A stretch of DNA of 24,404 bases from Treponema sp. (GTDB taxonomy: Bacteria; Spirochaetota; Spirochaetia; Treponematales; Breznakiellaceae). A program made the translations under genes and the position numbers. Location of the stretch: positions 1-24,404 of the forward strand of contig JAITEW010000376.1 of assembly GCA_031281855.1 (NCBI GenBank). The letters are read 5' to 3'. This document shows positions 1 through 7,537 of the stretch, piece by piece. The notes beneath the pieces are model-generated. The model was not told where the DNA came from. It was given only the letters and a program-made list of their open reading frames with translations, and searched no databases. Position 1 is the first letter of the stretch; each line of letters begins with the position of its first letter.

Positions 1-2
1 TT

Positions 3-476
3 ATCGAAGGCATCCACGGCCTTAACGACGCCCTTACTCCCCAGATAAACAAAGAAACCAAATTCAAGCTCTACGTATCCGCCCTGACGCAGCTCAACCT
101 GGACGACCACAACCGCATCCCTACGAGCGACAACAGGCTTTTAAGGCGCATGGTCCGGGATTACCAGTTCCGGGGCGCAGAGGCGGTCCGCACGTTCCGG
201 ATGTGGCCGAGCGTCCAGCGCGGGGAGCGAAAGCACATATTCCCTTTCCAGAATTCAGCCGACGCGGCCTTTAATTCGGCGCTGGACTACGAACTTGCGG
301 TGCTGAAATTCTACGCCGAACCGCTGCTCCGTTCGGTAAAACCTGACATGGCCGAATACGCCGAGGCGGTACGGCTTCTTTCATTCCTTGAGAACTTCGC
401 CCCTATTCCGCCGCAGTACGTTCCGGGCCAGAGCATATTAAGGGAGTTTATCGGGGACAGCGAGTTTAAGTATTAG
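3..476 (+). CDS. Uridine kinase / phosphoribulokinase-family nucleoside kinase, C-terminal part (5'-truncated by the window edge)
   Basis: The frame is open from position 3: IEGIHGLNDALTPQINKETKFKLYVSALTQLNLDDHNRIPTSDNRLLRRMVRDYQFRG...FNSALDYEL...SILREFIGDSEFKY*. These motifs are typical of long-form bacterial uridine-kinase-family proteins. The track ATG at 150 is internal. Confidence 0.8.
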   Translation: MEGIHGLNDALTPQINKETKFKLYVSALTQLNLDDHNRIPTSDNRLLRRMVRDYQFRGAEAVRTFRMWPSVQRGERKHIFPFQNSADAAFNSALDYELAVLKFYAEPLLRSVKPDMAEYAEAVRLLSFLENFAPIPPQYVPGQSILREFIGDSEFKY

Positions 477-477
477 C

Positions 478-510
478 CTTGTTCGATAAGCCGGTTGGTT
501 ATCGAACAAG
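478..510. terminator. Perfect 12-bp inverted repeat between convergent genes; candidate bidirectional terminator or 3' stem-loop
   Basis: CTTGTTCGATAA (478-489), spacer GCCGGTTGG, TTATCGAACAAG (499-510). It starts 2 nt after the kinase TAG and lies 23 nt from the fliJ stop. There is no clear U-tract on either side. Confidence 0.55.
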
Positions 511-533
511 TCCCATGTTTCCGGGGTTCTGCC

Positions 534-968
534 TTACCTATTACGCGCGGCGCGGCTGCCGGCGATTTCATCTGTCAGGCTGGTGTCTTCTGCAAGCATT
601 TCTTTTTTATATTCCTTTTCCCGCTTCGCTTTAAGCCGGTCCAGGGCTTCCCGGTTCTGATACGCTGTGCGGAAAAGTTCCCTGGCTTCTTCCACTTTCA
701 TCTCCGCCAGGGCCGCTTCTTTGCAGAGCTGTTCCCTGGCGCTGTCCAGCCTGAGGAGATAAAACATGTACTGCTGGATCATAGCGGCGCTGTTTTCAGG
801 CGCGAACTGGGAAGCTGCCGCGCGGGAACGTTCTTCGGCCAGGGATCTAAGGCGCTGTTCGATTTCGGAAAGCGCGCCTATAGCCCGGCCTAATTCGGTT
901 TTCGCTTCCTGTTCCTCAAATTTCCGCAAAGCCAGGAATTTTTCAAGGTTAAAGGAAAACCGCTTCAT
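534..968 (-). CDS. fliJ: Flagellar export protein FliJ
   Basis: MKRFSFNLEKFLALRKFEEQEAKTELGRAI N-terminus, 144-aa coiled coil, directly after fliI with an ATGA overlap. Confidence 0.88.
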   Translation of the reverse strand: MKRFSFNLEKFLALRKFEEQEAKTELGRAIGALSEIEQRLRSLAEERSRAAASQFAPENSAAMIQQYMFYLLRLDSAREQLCKEAALAEMKVEEARELFRTAYQNREALDRLKAKREKEYKKEMLAEDTSLTDEIAGSRAARNR

Positions 969-2362
969 TCTGCCTCCGGAACGAACCCGCCTGCCTCGTG
1001 TTCAGGGATTTCCACGCCCGCTATCCCGCCCATTGCCGCAAGGGTTTCTGTTATCGAAGATTTTTCACTGATTTCCTGGATGAGAAAATTTTCCAACGCC
1101 TCCCGCTTCGCCACTGCTTCATCAATATAGGGATTTGAACCCTGCTTGTAAGCGCCTACGCTGATAAGGTCTTCTGAACCGGCGTAATCCGCAAGAAGGC
1201 GGCGTATTTTTCCGGCAGCTTTCACGGTTTCAGGACCCGAGACCGCAGGGGCCAGACGCGAGATGCTGTTGAGCACATCAATTGCGGGGTAATGGTAGCG
1301 CTGGGCAAGGTTCCGGGAAAGGACGATGTGGCCGTCGAGTATTCCCCGTACTGTATCGGAAACCGGCTCGTCCATGTCGTCGCCGTCTACCAGGATCGTA
1401 TAAAATCCCGTAATGGTCCCTTTATCGGAAGCGCCGCAGCGTTCCAGAAGCTTGGGCATAGAATCAAACATAGAAGGGGTATAGCCTCTGGTAGCAGGGG
1501 GCTCCCCGGTGGCAAGGCCAATCTCCCGCTGGGCCCTGGCGAAACGGGTCACTGAATCAAAGAGGAACATCACATCCAGGCCCTGATCCCGGAAGTACTC
1601 GGCAACGGCAGTTGCGGTATAGGCGCCTCTGAGCCGCGCCAGAGGGGGGGAATTAGAAGGGGTTACGATAAGGACCGACCTGGCCAGCCCCTGGGGGCCG
1701 AGATCGTTTGCGATAAAATCATTGACTTCCCTGCCCCGTTCGCCGATGAGAGCGATAACGTTAACGTCCGCGTTGGTGTTCCTGGCTATCATGCCGAGGA
1801 GGGTTGACTTGCCTACGCCGGAACCCGCGAAGATACCGAGGCGCTGGCCCCGGCCCACAGCGAGAAGGCCGTCGATGGCGCGCACACCGGTACAGATGCG
1901 TTCGGTGATACGCCGCCGTTTTAAGGGATCCGGGGGATTGGCTATAACAGGATAGCGCAGAGGCGATTCTATCTCCCCTTTCCCGTCAGCGGGGTTTCCA
2001 AGGGGATCAAGTATCCTGCCCAGGAGTTTGGAAGAAACCGCTATGTCCAGCCTCGAACCTGAAGCGATAACCCTGGAGCCGATCTCAAGGCCGTCAGTGT
2101 CTTCATAGGCCATAAGCTGCACAATATCATCACGTAAACCTACCACTTCAGCCCTGATAATGCCGGAATCCTGAAACTCCCCCGAGCGGCGCCTGCCGGG
2201 CACTTCAATGCGGCATATTTCGCCGATAACCGCCTGGGGCCCGCGGCTCTCGATAAGAAGCCCCTGGACCCTGCAGATCCTGCCGGTGCATTTGATGGGA
2301 TCAACGCTTTCGGCGGTTTCCAGGTATTTCCGGATTACACCGGTTTCCAGGACTGCAGGCAT
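965..2362 (-). CDS. fliI: Flagellar export ATPase FliI
   Basis: Walker A GSGVGKS, GERGREV, DSVTRFARAQREIGL, GSITG-like GTITGFYT, DGHIVLSR; lies between fliH and fliJ. Confidence 0.97.
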   Translation of the reverse strand: MPAVLETGVIRKYLETAESVDPIKCTGRICRVQGLLIESRGPQAVIGEICRIEVPGRRRSGEFQDSGIIRAEVVGLRDDIVQLMAYEDTDGLEIGSRVIASGSRLDIAVSSKLLGRILDPLGNPADGKGEIESPLRYPVIANPPDPLKRRRITERICTGVRAIDGLLAVGRGQRLGIFAGSGVGKSTLLGMIARNTNADVNVIALIGERGREVNDFIANDLGPQGLARSVLIVTPSNSPPLARLRGAYTATAVAEYFRDQGLDVMFLFDSVTRFARAQREIGLATGEPPATRGYTPSMFDSMPKLLERCGASDKGTITGFYTILVDGDDMDEPVSDTVRGILDGHIVLSRNLAQRYHYPAIDVLNSISRLAPAVSGPETVKAAGKIRRLLADYAGSEDLISVGAYKQGSNPYIDEAVAKREALENFLIQEISEKSSITETLAAMGGIAGVEIPEHEAGGFVPEAE

Positions 2363-2364
2363 GG

Positions 2365-3324
2365 TTATATTCCTTCCGGAACCGCCGCGGTTTTTGCCTT
2401 GGCCTTTATGGGGGAAATTTCCAGTATCTTGGCTTCCAGTTCAGCGAGCTGGCTCGAAATACGGGCGTCGATTTCGCCGAAATCGGTTTCGATAATGCAG
2501 CCCCCTTGGTCGATAGAGGAATCCTCCACAACCTGTATGGACTTGGCTCCTTCCACAAGCTTGATAAAATCCTTGATGTGATCCGTAGAAAGTTTTACGT
2601 CCGCCATGTTCACCCTGATGATGATGTTACCCCGGCCTTTTACTTTGCGCAAAGCCTGGACAACATTGGAGATGATCACGTTCCGCTGGTTTTCTGAAAT
2701 TACTTTTATTACTTTCCGGGCAATAAGGAGTACCAGGTCAATGATCTCCTGTTCGGTTTCAGCCAGGATCTCGGCCCGCTTGTCCTGGGCCCGTTCAAGC
2801 ATGATCCGGGTTCTTTCGATAAGGCGTTCCACTTCGGCCTGGCCTTCGGCGAAGCCGGCGTCCCTTCCTGCGGCCCTGCCCTGTTCTTCCGCCTCTTTCC
2901 GTTCAGCCTCAAAGGCCAGCCGTGAATCGGCCTCTATTTGCAGCGCCTTTTCTTTAGCTTCTGCGACGATGCGCTCCGCTTCGTCCTGGGCTTCCCGTTT
3001 GGAGGACTGGGCTTCATCGGTCTTTCGCTTGACTTCCTTAAAGGCCGCTTCTTCAGCTTCCTTGATGATGCCTTCGGCCTCAGCCTTAGCGGAACGTATC
3101 ATGGCTTCGCGCTCTGATTCCCACTGCTGCTTAAAAGCCTCGGCTTCCCGGCGCAGATCGTCCGCTGTAGGCCCTGAGTATTCATCGACAGCGTCCGGAA
3201 TCTCCTCAAGCTCGTCCTCTACCGGCGTAAGATGGGCCAGCTCGGGAAAAGCCGTAGGAGGCTCGAGGATCACTTTTTTGTCCAGGAGCTCAAGCTCCCC
3301 GGGCCGGTAAACCACCTTAGCCAT
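2365..3324 (-). CDS. fliH: Flagellar assembly protein FliH
   Basis: Long E/A/K-rich coiled coil, GxxxG repeats (QGRAAGRDAGFAEG), C-terminal GGCIIETDFGEIDARISSQL; RBS GAAAGGA upstream; lies between fliG and fliI. Confidence 0.93.
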   Translation of the reverse strand: MAKVVYRPGELELLDKKVILEPPTAFPELAHLTPVEDELEEIPDAVDEYSGPTADDLRREAEAFKQQWESEREAMIRSAKAEAEGIIKEAEEAAFKEVKRKTDEAQSSKREAQDEAERIVAEAKEKALQIEADSRLAFEAERKEAEEQGRAAGRDAGFAEGQAEVERLIERTRIMLERAQDKRAEILAETEQEIIDLVLLIARKVIKVISENQRNVIISNVVQALRKVKGRGNIIIRVNMADVKLSTDHIKDFIKLVEGAKSIQVVEDSSIDQGGCIIETDFGEIDARISSQLAELEAKILEISPIKAKAKTAAVPEGI

Positions 3325-3348
3325 AGCAAGTCCTTTCTACTGTACTAA

Positions 3349-3371
3349 GACAAAAACCGGAAGTTTTTGTC
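3349..3371 (-). repeat. 9-bp perfect hairpin beginning inside the fliG stop codon
   Basis: GACAAAAAC (3349-3357), CGGAA, GTTTTTGTC (3363-3371). On the mRNA it reads GACAAAAAC-UUCCG-GUUUUUGUC. Confidence 0.75.
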
Positions 3372-4437
3372 AAACTACCAATTCGTCTTCCCCTGAACGG
3401 GCGACCACGATTTCGCCAGTGTCTTCCAGGTGGCGGATAATGGAGACGATTTTCTGCTGCGCCTCTTCCACATCCTTGAGGCGTACCGGGCCCATGTACT
3501 CCATGTCTTCCTTGAGCATCCCTGCGGCGCGCTTACTCATGTTCCTGAAGATCTTGTCCTGGACTTCGGTATCCACGCTCTTTAGGGCCTTTGCCAGTTC
3601 CTGGGAATCCACTTCCCGCATGACCTTCTGGATAGCCCGGTCGTCCAGCATGACAATATCCTCGAAGACGAACATCCGCTTCTTGATCTCTTCCGCAAGT
3701 TCGGGGTCTTCGTCTTCCAGGGCTTCGATGATCTGCTTCTCAGAGGCCCGGTCAACAAGGTTGAGGATCTCCACGATGCTCTCGACGCCGCCGGCTGTGG
3801 TGTAGTCTTCGCTGGACAGTGTGGAAAGCTTCTTTTCCAAAACCCGCTCGACTTCCCGCAATACCTCGGGGCTTGTCCGGTCCATGGTGGCGATACGCCG
3901 GGCCACATCGCTCTGCACTTCGTGCGGGAGGTTCTGCAGTATGACCGAGGCCTTGTTAGGCTCCAGGTAGGCCAGAATGAGGGCTATAGTCTGGGGATGC
4001 TCCTGCTGGATGAAGTTGAGGAGGTGCGCCGGATCGGTGCGGCGGATAAAGTCAAAAGGCCGCACCTGGAGGCTTGAAGTAAGGCGGTTGATGATGTCGA
4101 TAGCCTTCTGGCTTCCAAGGGATTTTTCCAGCAGTTCCCTGGCGTAGTCGATGCCGCCTGTAGAGATGAACTGGTTCGCCATCATGAGTTCATGGAACTC
4201 CTGGAGTATGGCGTCCTTTTGTTCAGGCTCTATGGTTTCAAGCCTTGCGATCTCGAAGGTGAGGGTTTCAATTTCATCTTCCCTGAGGTATTTGAAAATC
4301 TCGGCGGAAATTTCCGAACCGATTGTAACAAGGAAGATAGCGGCTTTCTGTCTGCCGGTAAATTCTTTGTTTCCTTTTTTCTTCCCTGTACCTGAAGCGG
4401 CGCTTGCTGTTGCGGATGACGCTGCGATTTTTGCCAT
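3370..4437 (-). CDS. fliG: Flagellar motor switch protein FliG
   Basis: GRQKAAIFLVTIG, GGIDYARELLEKSLG, EHPQTIALIL, GGVESIVEILN, MFVFEDI, GPVRLKDVEEAQQKIV; RBS GGAGG upstream. Confidence 0.97.
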   Translation of the reverse strand: MAKIAASSATASAASGTGKKKGNKEFTGRQKAAIFLVTIGSEISAEIFKYLREDEIETLTFEIARLETIEPEQKDAILQEFHELMMANQFISTGGIDYARELLEKSLGSQKAIDIINRLTSSLQVRPFDFIRRTDPAHLLNFIQQEHPQTIALILAYLEPNKASVILQNLPHEVQSDVARRIATMDRTSPEVLREVERVLEKKLSTLSSEDYTTAGGVESIVEILNLVDRASEKQIIEALEDEDPELAEEIKKRMFVFEDIVMLDDRAIQKVMREVDSQELAKALKSVDTEVQDKIFRNMSKRAAGMLKEDMEYMGPVRLKDVEEAQQKIVSIIRHLEDTGEIVVARSGEDELVV

Positions 4438-4440
4438 ATC

Positions 4441-6144
4441 TTATTCCTCCAGAAGCCAGGTCCGTATAAGCTGGGCCACATCCTCAGGATGCTCTTTGGC
4501 CATATTGGCCACGCTTTCGAGGAGTTCCATCCGGGTCCGCTCTTCAACAGAGATGGACACGTCCATCCCTTCTTCTTCGGCCTGCATAAGCGCCTGCTGC
4601 CGCAGGGCTTCTTCCCGCCTGGCGCGCTCTTCGGCTTCCAGCCGCCGCCGCCGCTCGATTTCCCTGGAAATAGTTCTAAAGAGAATAAAAGCAACCAGCA
4701 GTACGGCCAGGCCGAACAGGAATACCATAACTGTAGTCTGGATCTGCTTTTGCCGGAAGTACGCGGCGTCCTCGTCATTGAACTGTTTGGTCCTGTCAAA
4801 CTGTATATTCTGAACCGTAACCCCATCCCCCCTTGCGGCGCTGTAGCCTATGGCGTTCTGGATCAGCGCCTGGGTAGCCCGGAGATCTTCAGGGGTCATA
4901 GGGGTATATTCCCGCTCAATGGCGCCGTCAGGCCCGATTACGGGGTTCTTTTTTTCGTCCCGCTTCCATTTCCAGGTTCCGTCTATATTCACCGACACCG
5001 TTACCCGGTCTATAGTGGGGCTCTTGTCTTCCTGGGTTTTGCGGTTGTTGATTTCCTTATTGGTCTTAAGGGTTTCCTGGGTCACCTTGCCGTAGAGGTT
5101 GGACATGTCCTTGTAAGCCGGAGGGGTCTGGCCCTCTACGCCCGCCGGGCCTTCGGGATTAAAGCCCGTGCCTTCCCATTCGGTAGAGGAGGTCGCCTCG
5201 GACCGCGTGATGGACTCGACAACCTGGGAATCGTCATAAGGAAGCCCAGGGGTACGGGGCTTTAAGGTGATGCCGAAGAATTCCTCTGTAGCGACGGATT
5301 TCTGGGACATATCCATGTCGATCTTGATATTAAGATCCCGGACCCGGTCTTCGGTATACGTTTTTTGAAGGGCCTGGAGTATAAGCGCCCGGTATTGGGT
5401 TTCGAGGCTCCGGATCATCTTGGTCTGCCGCTCAATCCCGTTCAGCCTGTCGAATTCGGCAAGCCCTGCAAAGTCGTTCAGCACCAGGCCGCTCTGATCG
5501 GCAATAGTGATGTTTTCGTCCTTTAGGCCCTCAACGGCGAATTTGAGCAGCTTTTGGATGCCTTCCACTTTTTTGCGGTTCTGGACAATGTCGCTCCCCG
5601 GCTTGGGGGTGATGATCACGCTTGCGGTCACAGGGTTCTGTTCGGATGCAAAAAGCCGGTCTTCAGGTACCACGATGGTAACATTGGCCTTGTCCACATC
5701 GTCCAGGGCCTGGATGTGCTCTACGACCATCTGGGTAATTGCCCTGCGGAGGTTTACATTTCGTTCAAAGTCGGTAATGGTCCACCGCTCCCGGTCGAAG
5801 ATGGCCCAGGGATCGGTTCCTGACGGAATAAGATCCTCCCTGATGAGTATAGCCCTCAGGCGCTTGGCGGTTTTTTCATCCTGCACCTGGACCGTCCCGT
5901 CTGCGGTAACAAAGGCCCTGATCCCTTCCTCGTTGATCCTGGTAACAATACGATCCCGTGCCGCTTCGTCCCGTATAGGCGCGTCGATGACCGGCACCAT
6001 AGCGGGCGACGACGAAACCGATACCATAACGGCCAGGACCGCCGCCGCAAGGCCTGCAATACCGATAAAAATGATCCGCTGGCGCATGGACCCTTTGTTC
6101 CAAAGGCCGCCTATGCGGGCCAGCATCTTTCTAAGCCAATCCAT
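4441..6144 (-). CDS. fliF: Flagellar MS-ring protein FliF
   Basis: Two TM segments flank a large periplasmic ring region; ASVIITPKPG motif; C-terminal HPEDVAQLIRTWLLEE FliG-binding end; lies between fliE and fliG. Confidence 0.95.
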   Translation of the reverse strand: MDWLRKMLARIGGLWNKGSMRQRIIFIGIAGLAAAVLAVMVSVSSSPAMVPVIDAPIRDEAARDRIVTRINEEGIRAFVTADGTVQVQDEKTAKRLRAILIREDLIPSGTDPWAIFDRERWTITDFERNVNLRRAITQMVVEHIQALDDVDKANVTIVVPEDRLFASEQNPVTASVIITPKPGSDIVQNRKKVEGIQKLLKFAVEGLKDENITIADQSGLVLNDFAGLAEFDRLNGIERQTKMIRSLETQYRALILQALQKTYTEDRVRDLNIKIDMDMSQKSVATEEFFGITLKPRTPGLPYDDSQVVESITRSEATSSTEWEGTGFNPEGPAGVEGQTPPAYKDMSNLYGKVTQETLKTNKEINNRKTQEDKSPTIDRVTVSVNIDGTWKWKRDEKKNPVIGPDGAIEREYTPMTPEDLRATQALIQNAIGYSAARGDGVTVQNIQFDRTKQFNDEDAAYFRQKQIQTTVMVFLFGLAVLLVAFILFRTISREIERRRRLEAEERARREEALRQQALMQAEEEGMDVSISVEERTRMELLESVANMAKEHPEDVAQLIRTWLLEE

Positions 6145-6175
6145 ATTCCCCCCCCTGTATATGCCGCTTATGCGT

Positions 6176-6562
6176 TTATCTTGTGTTAATCAGATCTTTC
6201 CAGCCCTGGACTATGCGGTTAAGCACATTGATGGCGATGTTAAGGGACATGCCCGCCTCAGCCTGGGCTATGGTGATGTCCTGGATGTCCACCGAGTCGG
6301 GATCGGTAATGGCCGCCTGTGCAAGCTGCGAAGAGAACTGCTGGTATGCGCTGACCTTGTCCAGGGCGCCCAGCATGGCGTCCTCGAAGGTCCCGGAACG
6401 GACTACCGCTTCGGCGCCGATCTTCCCGCCTAATTCGGAGATCTTCCGACCTTCGGCGAGAAAATCCTCGGTACCTGAAACCATGTGGTACGGATGGGTA
6501 ATCTTGAGCGGCAAATCAGGCAGGCTTCCGAGTCCCGCCAATTCTGGTCTGTAAATTGTCAT
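6176..6562 (-). CDS. fliE: Flagellar hook-basal body protein FliE
   Basis: C-terminal DIQDITIAQAEAGMSLNIAINVLNRIVQGWKDLINTR; RBS AGGGAGG; follows flgC. Confidence 0.9.
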   Translation of the reverse strand: MTIYRPELAGLGSLPDLPLKITHPYHMVSGTEDFLAEGRKISELGGKIGAEAVVRSGTFEDAMLGALDKVSAYQQFSSQLAQAAITDPDSVDIQDITIAQAEAGMSLNIAINVLNRIVQGWKDLINTR

Positions 6563-6595
6563 ATCTTCCCCTCCCTTGGGATGCTAAAAAAGCTT

Positions 6596-7057
6596 TCAGC
6601 TTCTTCCGATATCAAGCGCCCTCTGGAACATAGTCTTGGCCCCTTCGATGATGGACGCGTTGGCCTCATAGGCCCTGGACGCCGCAATCATATCCACCAT
6701 TTCGGTGACAATGTCCACATTAGGCATTTCCACATAACCCTGCCGGGGCCCGGTCTTGATGGCGTCCGGGTGGGTAGGGTCGTATACCAGTTTGTTTTCC
6801 GCAGTGTAGTCTTTCTGGATCTCGGAGACCCGCACGCCCTGGCCGATGCCGTTATCCAGGCCCTGGGGCAGGAAAGGCGAACGCCAGTAAGGGCTGTCCA
6901 CACGGGGCCGCATGACCACACGGCTCCTCCTGAAAGGGCCGCCTTCGTTGGTGCGGGTAGTGGAGGCGTTGGCAATATTGTCCGCAATGACGTCGGCCCT
7001 GATCCGTTCGGCGCTCATCCCGGAAGACGCTATGTTAATCGAAGTAAAAAGCCCCAT
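6596..7057 (-). CDS. flgC: Flagellar basal-body rod protein FlgC
   Basis: SGMSAERIRADVIADNIANASTTR, GGPFRR, YDPTHPDA, GYVEMPNVDIVTEMVDMIAASRAYEAN; RBS AGGAG. Confidence 0.97.
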   Translation of the reverse strand: MGLFTSINIASSGMSAERIRADVIADNIANASTTRTNEGGPFRRSRVVMRPRVDSPYWRSPFLPQGLDNGIGQGVRVSEIQKDYTAENKLVYDPTHPDAIKTGPRQGYVEMPNVDIVTEMVDMIAASRAYEANASIIEGAKTMFQRALDIGRS

Positions 7058-7066
7058 ATACTACTC

Positions 7067-7492
7067 CTACCTGTTCCTCAGAACCATGTTTACCTGGCTG
7101 AATTCAAAAGCCGCGGAGTTAGCCAGCAGCATATACCGGAGCTGGTTTTCCAGCGCCAGGTTGAATTCTTCTTCGGCGTTTACGTTGTTGCCGTTGTTGT
7201 TTTCCGTAGTCGTATAATCCAGAACCCGCCGGATTTGGACATCCTGGTAATCCCGGGGCTCCCAGTCGGCCATGTGCCCGGGGTTGGTCAGCCTGAGTTC
7301 CAGGGCAGGCCGCTGTTTTTCCGTTTCCAGCGCCCGTTTGAGTTCGCTCTCGAAGTTCACGTTGGTCCGCTTAAAGTTAGGCACCCCTGCGTTGGCGATG
7401 TTATTGGCGATCACCGCCTGCCTGACAGTAGTGGCGTCCATAGCCCTGTGAAGCAGATCCACGGTTTTGGTAAAGTTGTTATTTACGATCAT
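7067..7492 (-). CDS. flgB: Flagellar basal-body rod protein FlgB
   Basis: RQAVIANNIANAGVPNFKR, NNGNNVNAEEE. Start moved from the track TTG at 7510 to ATG 7492, which has GGGGAG 6 nt upstream. Confidence 0.95.
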   Translation of the reverse strand: MIVNNNFTKTVDLLHRAMDATTVRQAVIANNIANAGVPNFKRTNVNFESELKRALETEKQRPALELRLTNPGHMADWEPRDYQDVQIRRVLDYTTTENNNGNNVNAEEEFNLALENQLRYMLLANSAAFEFSQVNMVLRNR

Positions 7493-7510
7493 ACCATTCT
7501 CCCCTTTCAA

Positions 7511-7537
7511 TCATCGGCGTTTTCCTGCTTCACTTTA
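7511..7537 (-). promoter_or_regulatory. Sigma-28 (FliA/SigD)-type promoter for the flgB operon
   Basis: The minus strand reads TAAA-gtgaagcaggaaaac(15 nt)-GCCGATGA against the consensus TAAA-N15-GCCGATAA: one mismatch and exact spacing. The -35 TAAA includes the hslU TAA stop. Confidence 0.85.

Noticed and set aside
4230-4826. Same-strand alternate-frame ORF across the fliF/fliG junction (likewise 21108-21710 in murF)
   Set aside because: Out-of-frame overlap with essential genes, no family signature and no convincing RBS.
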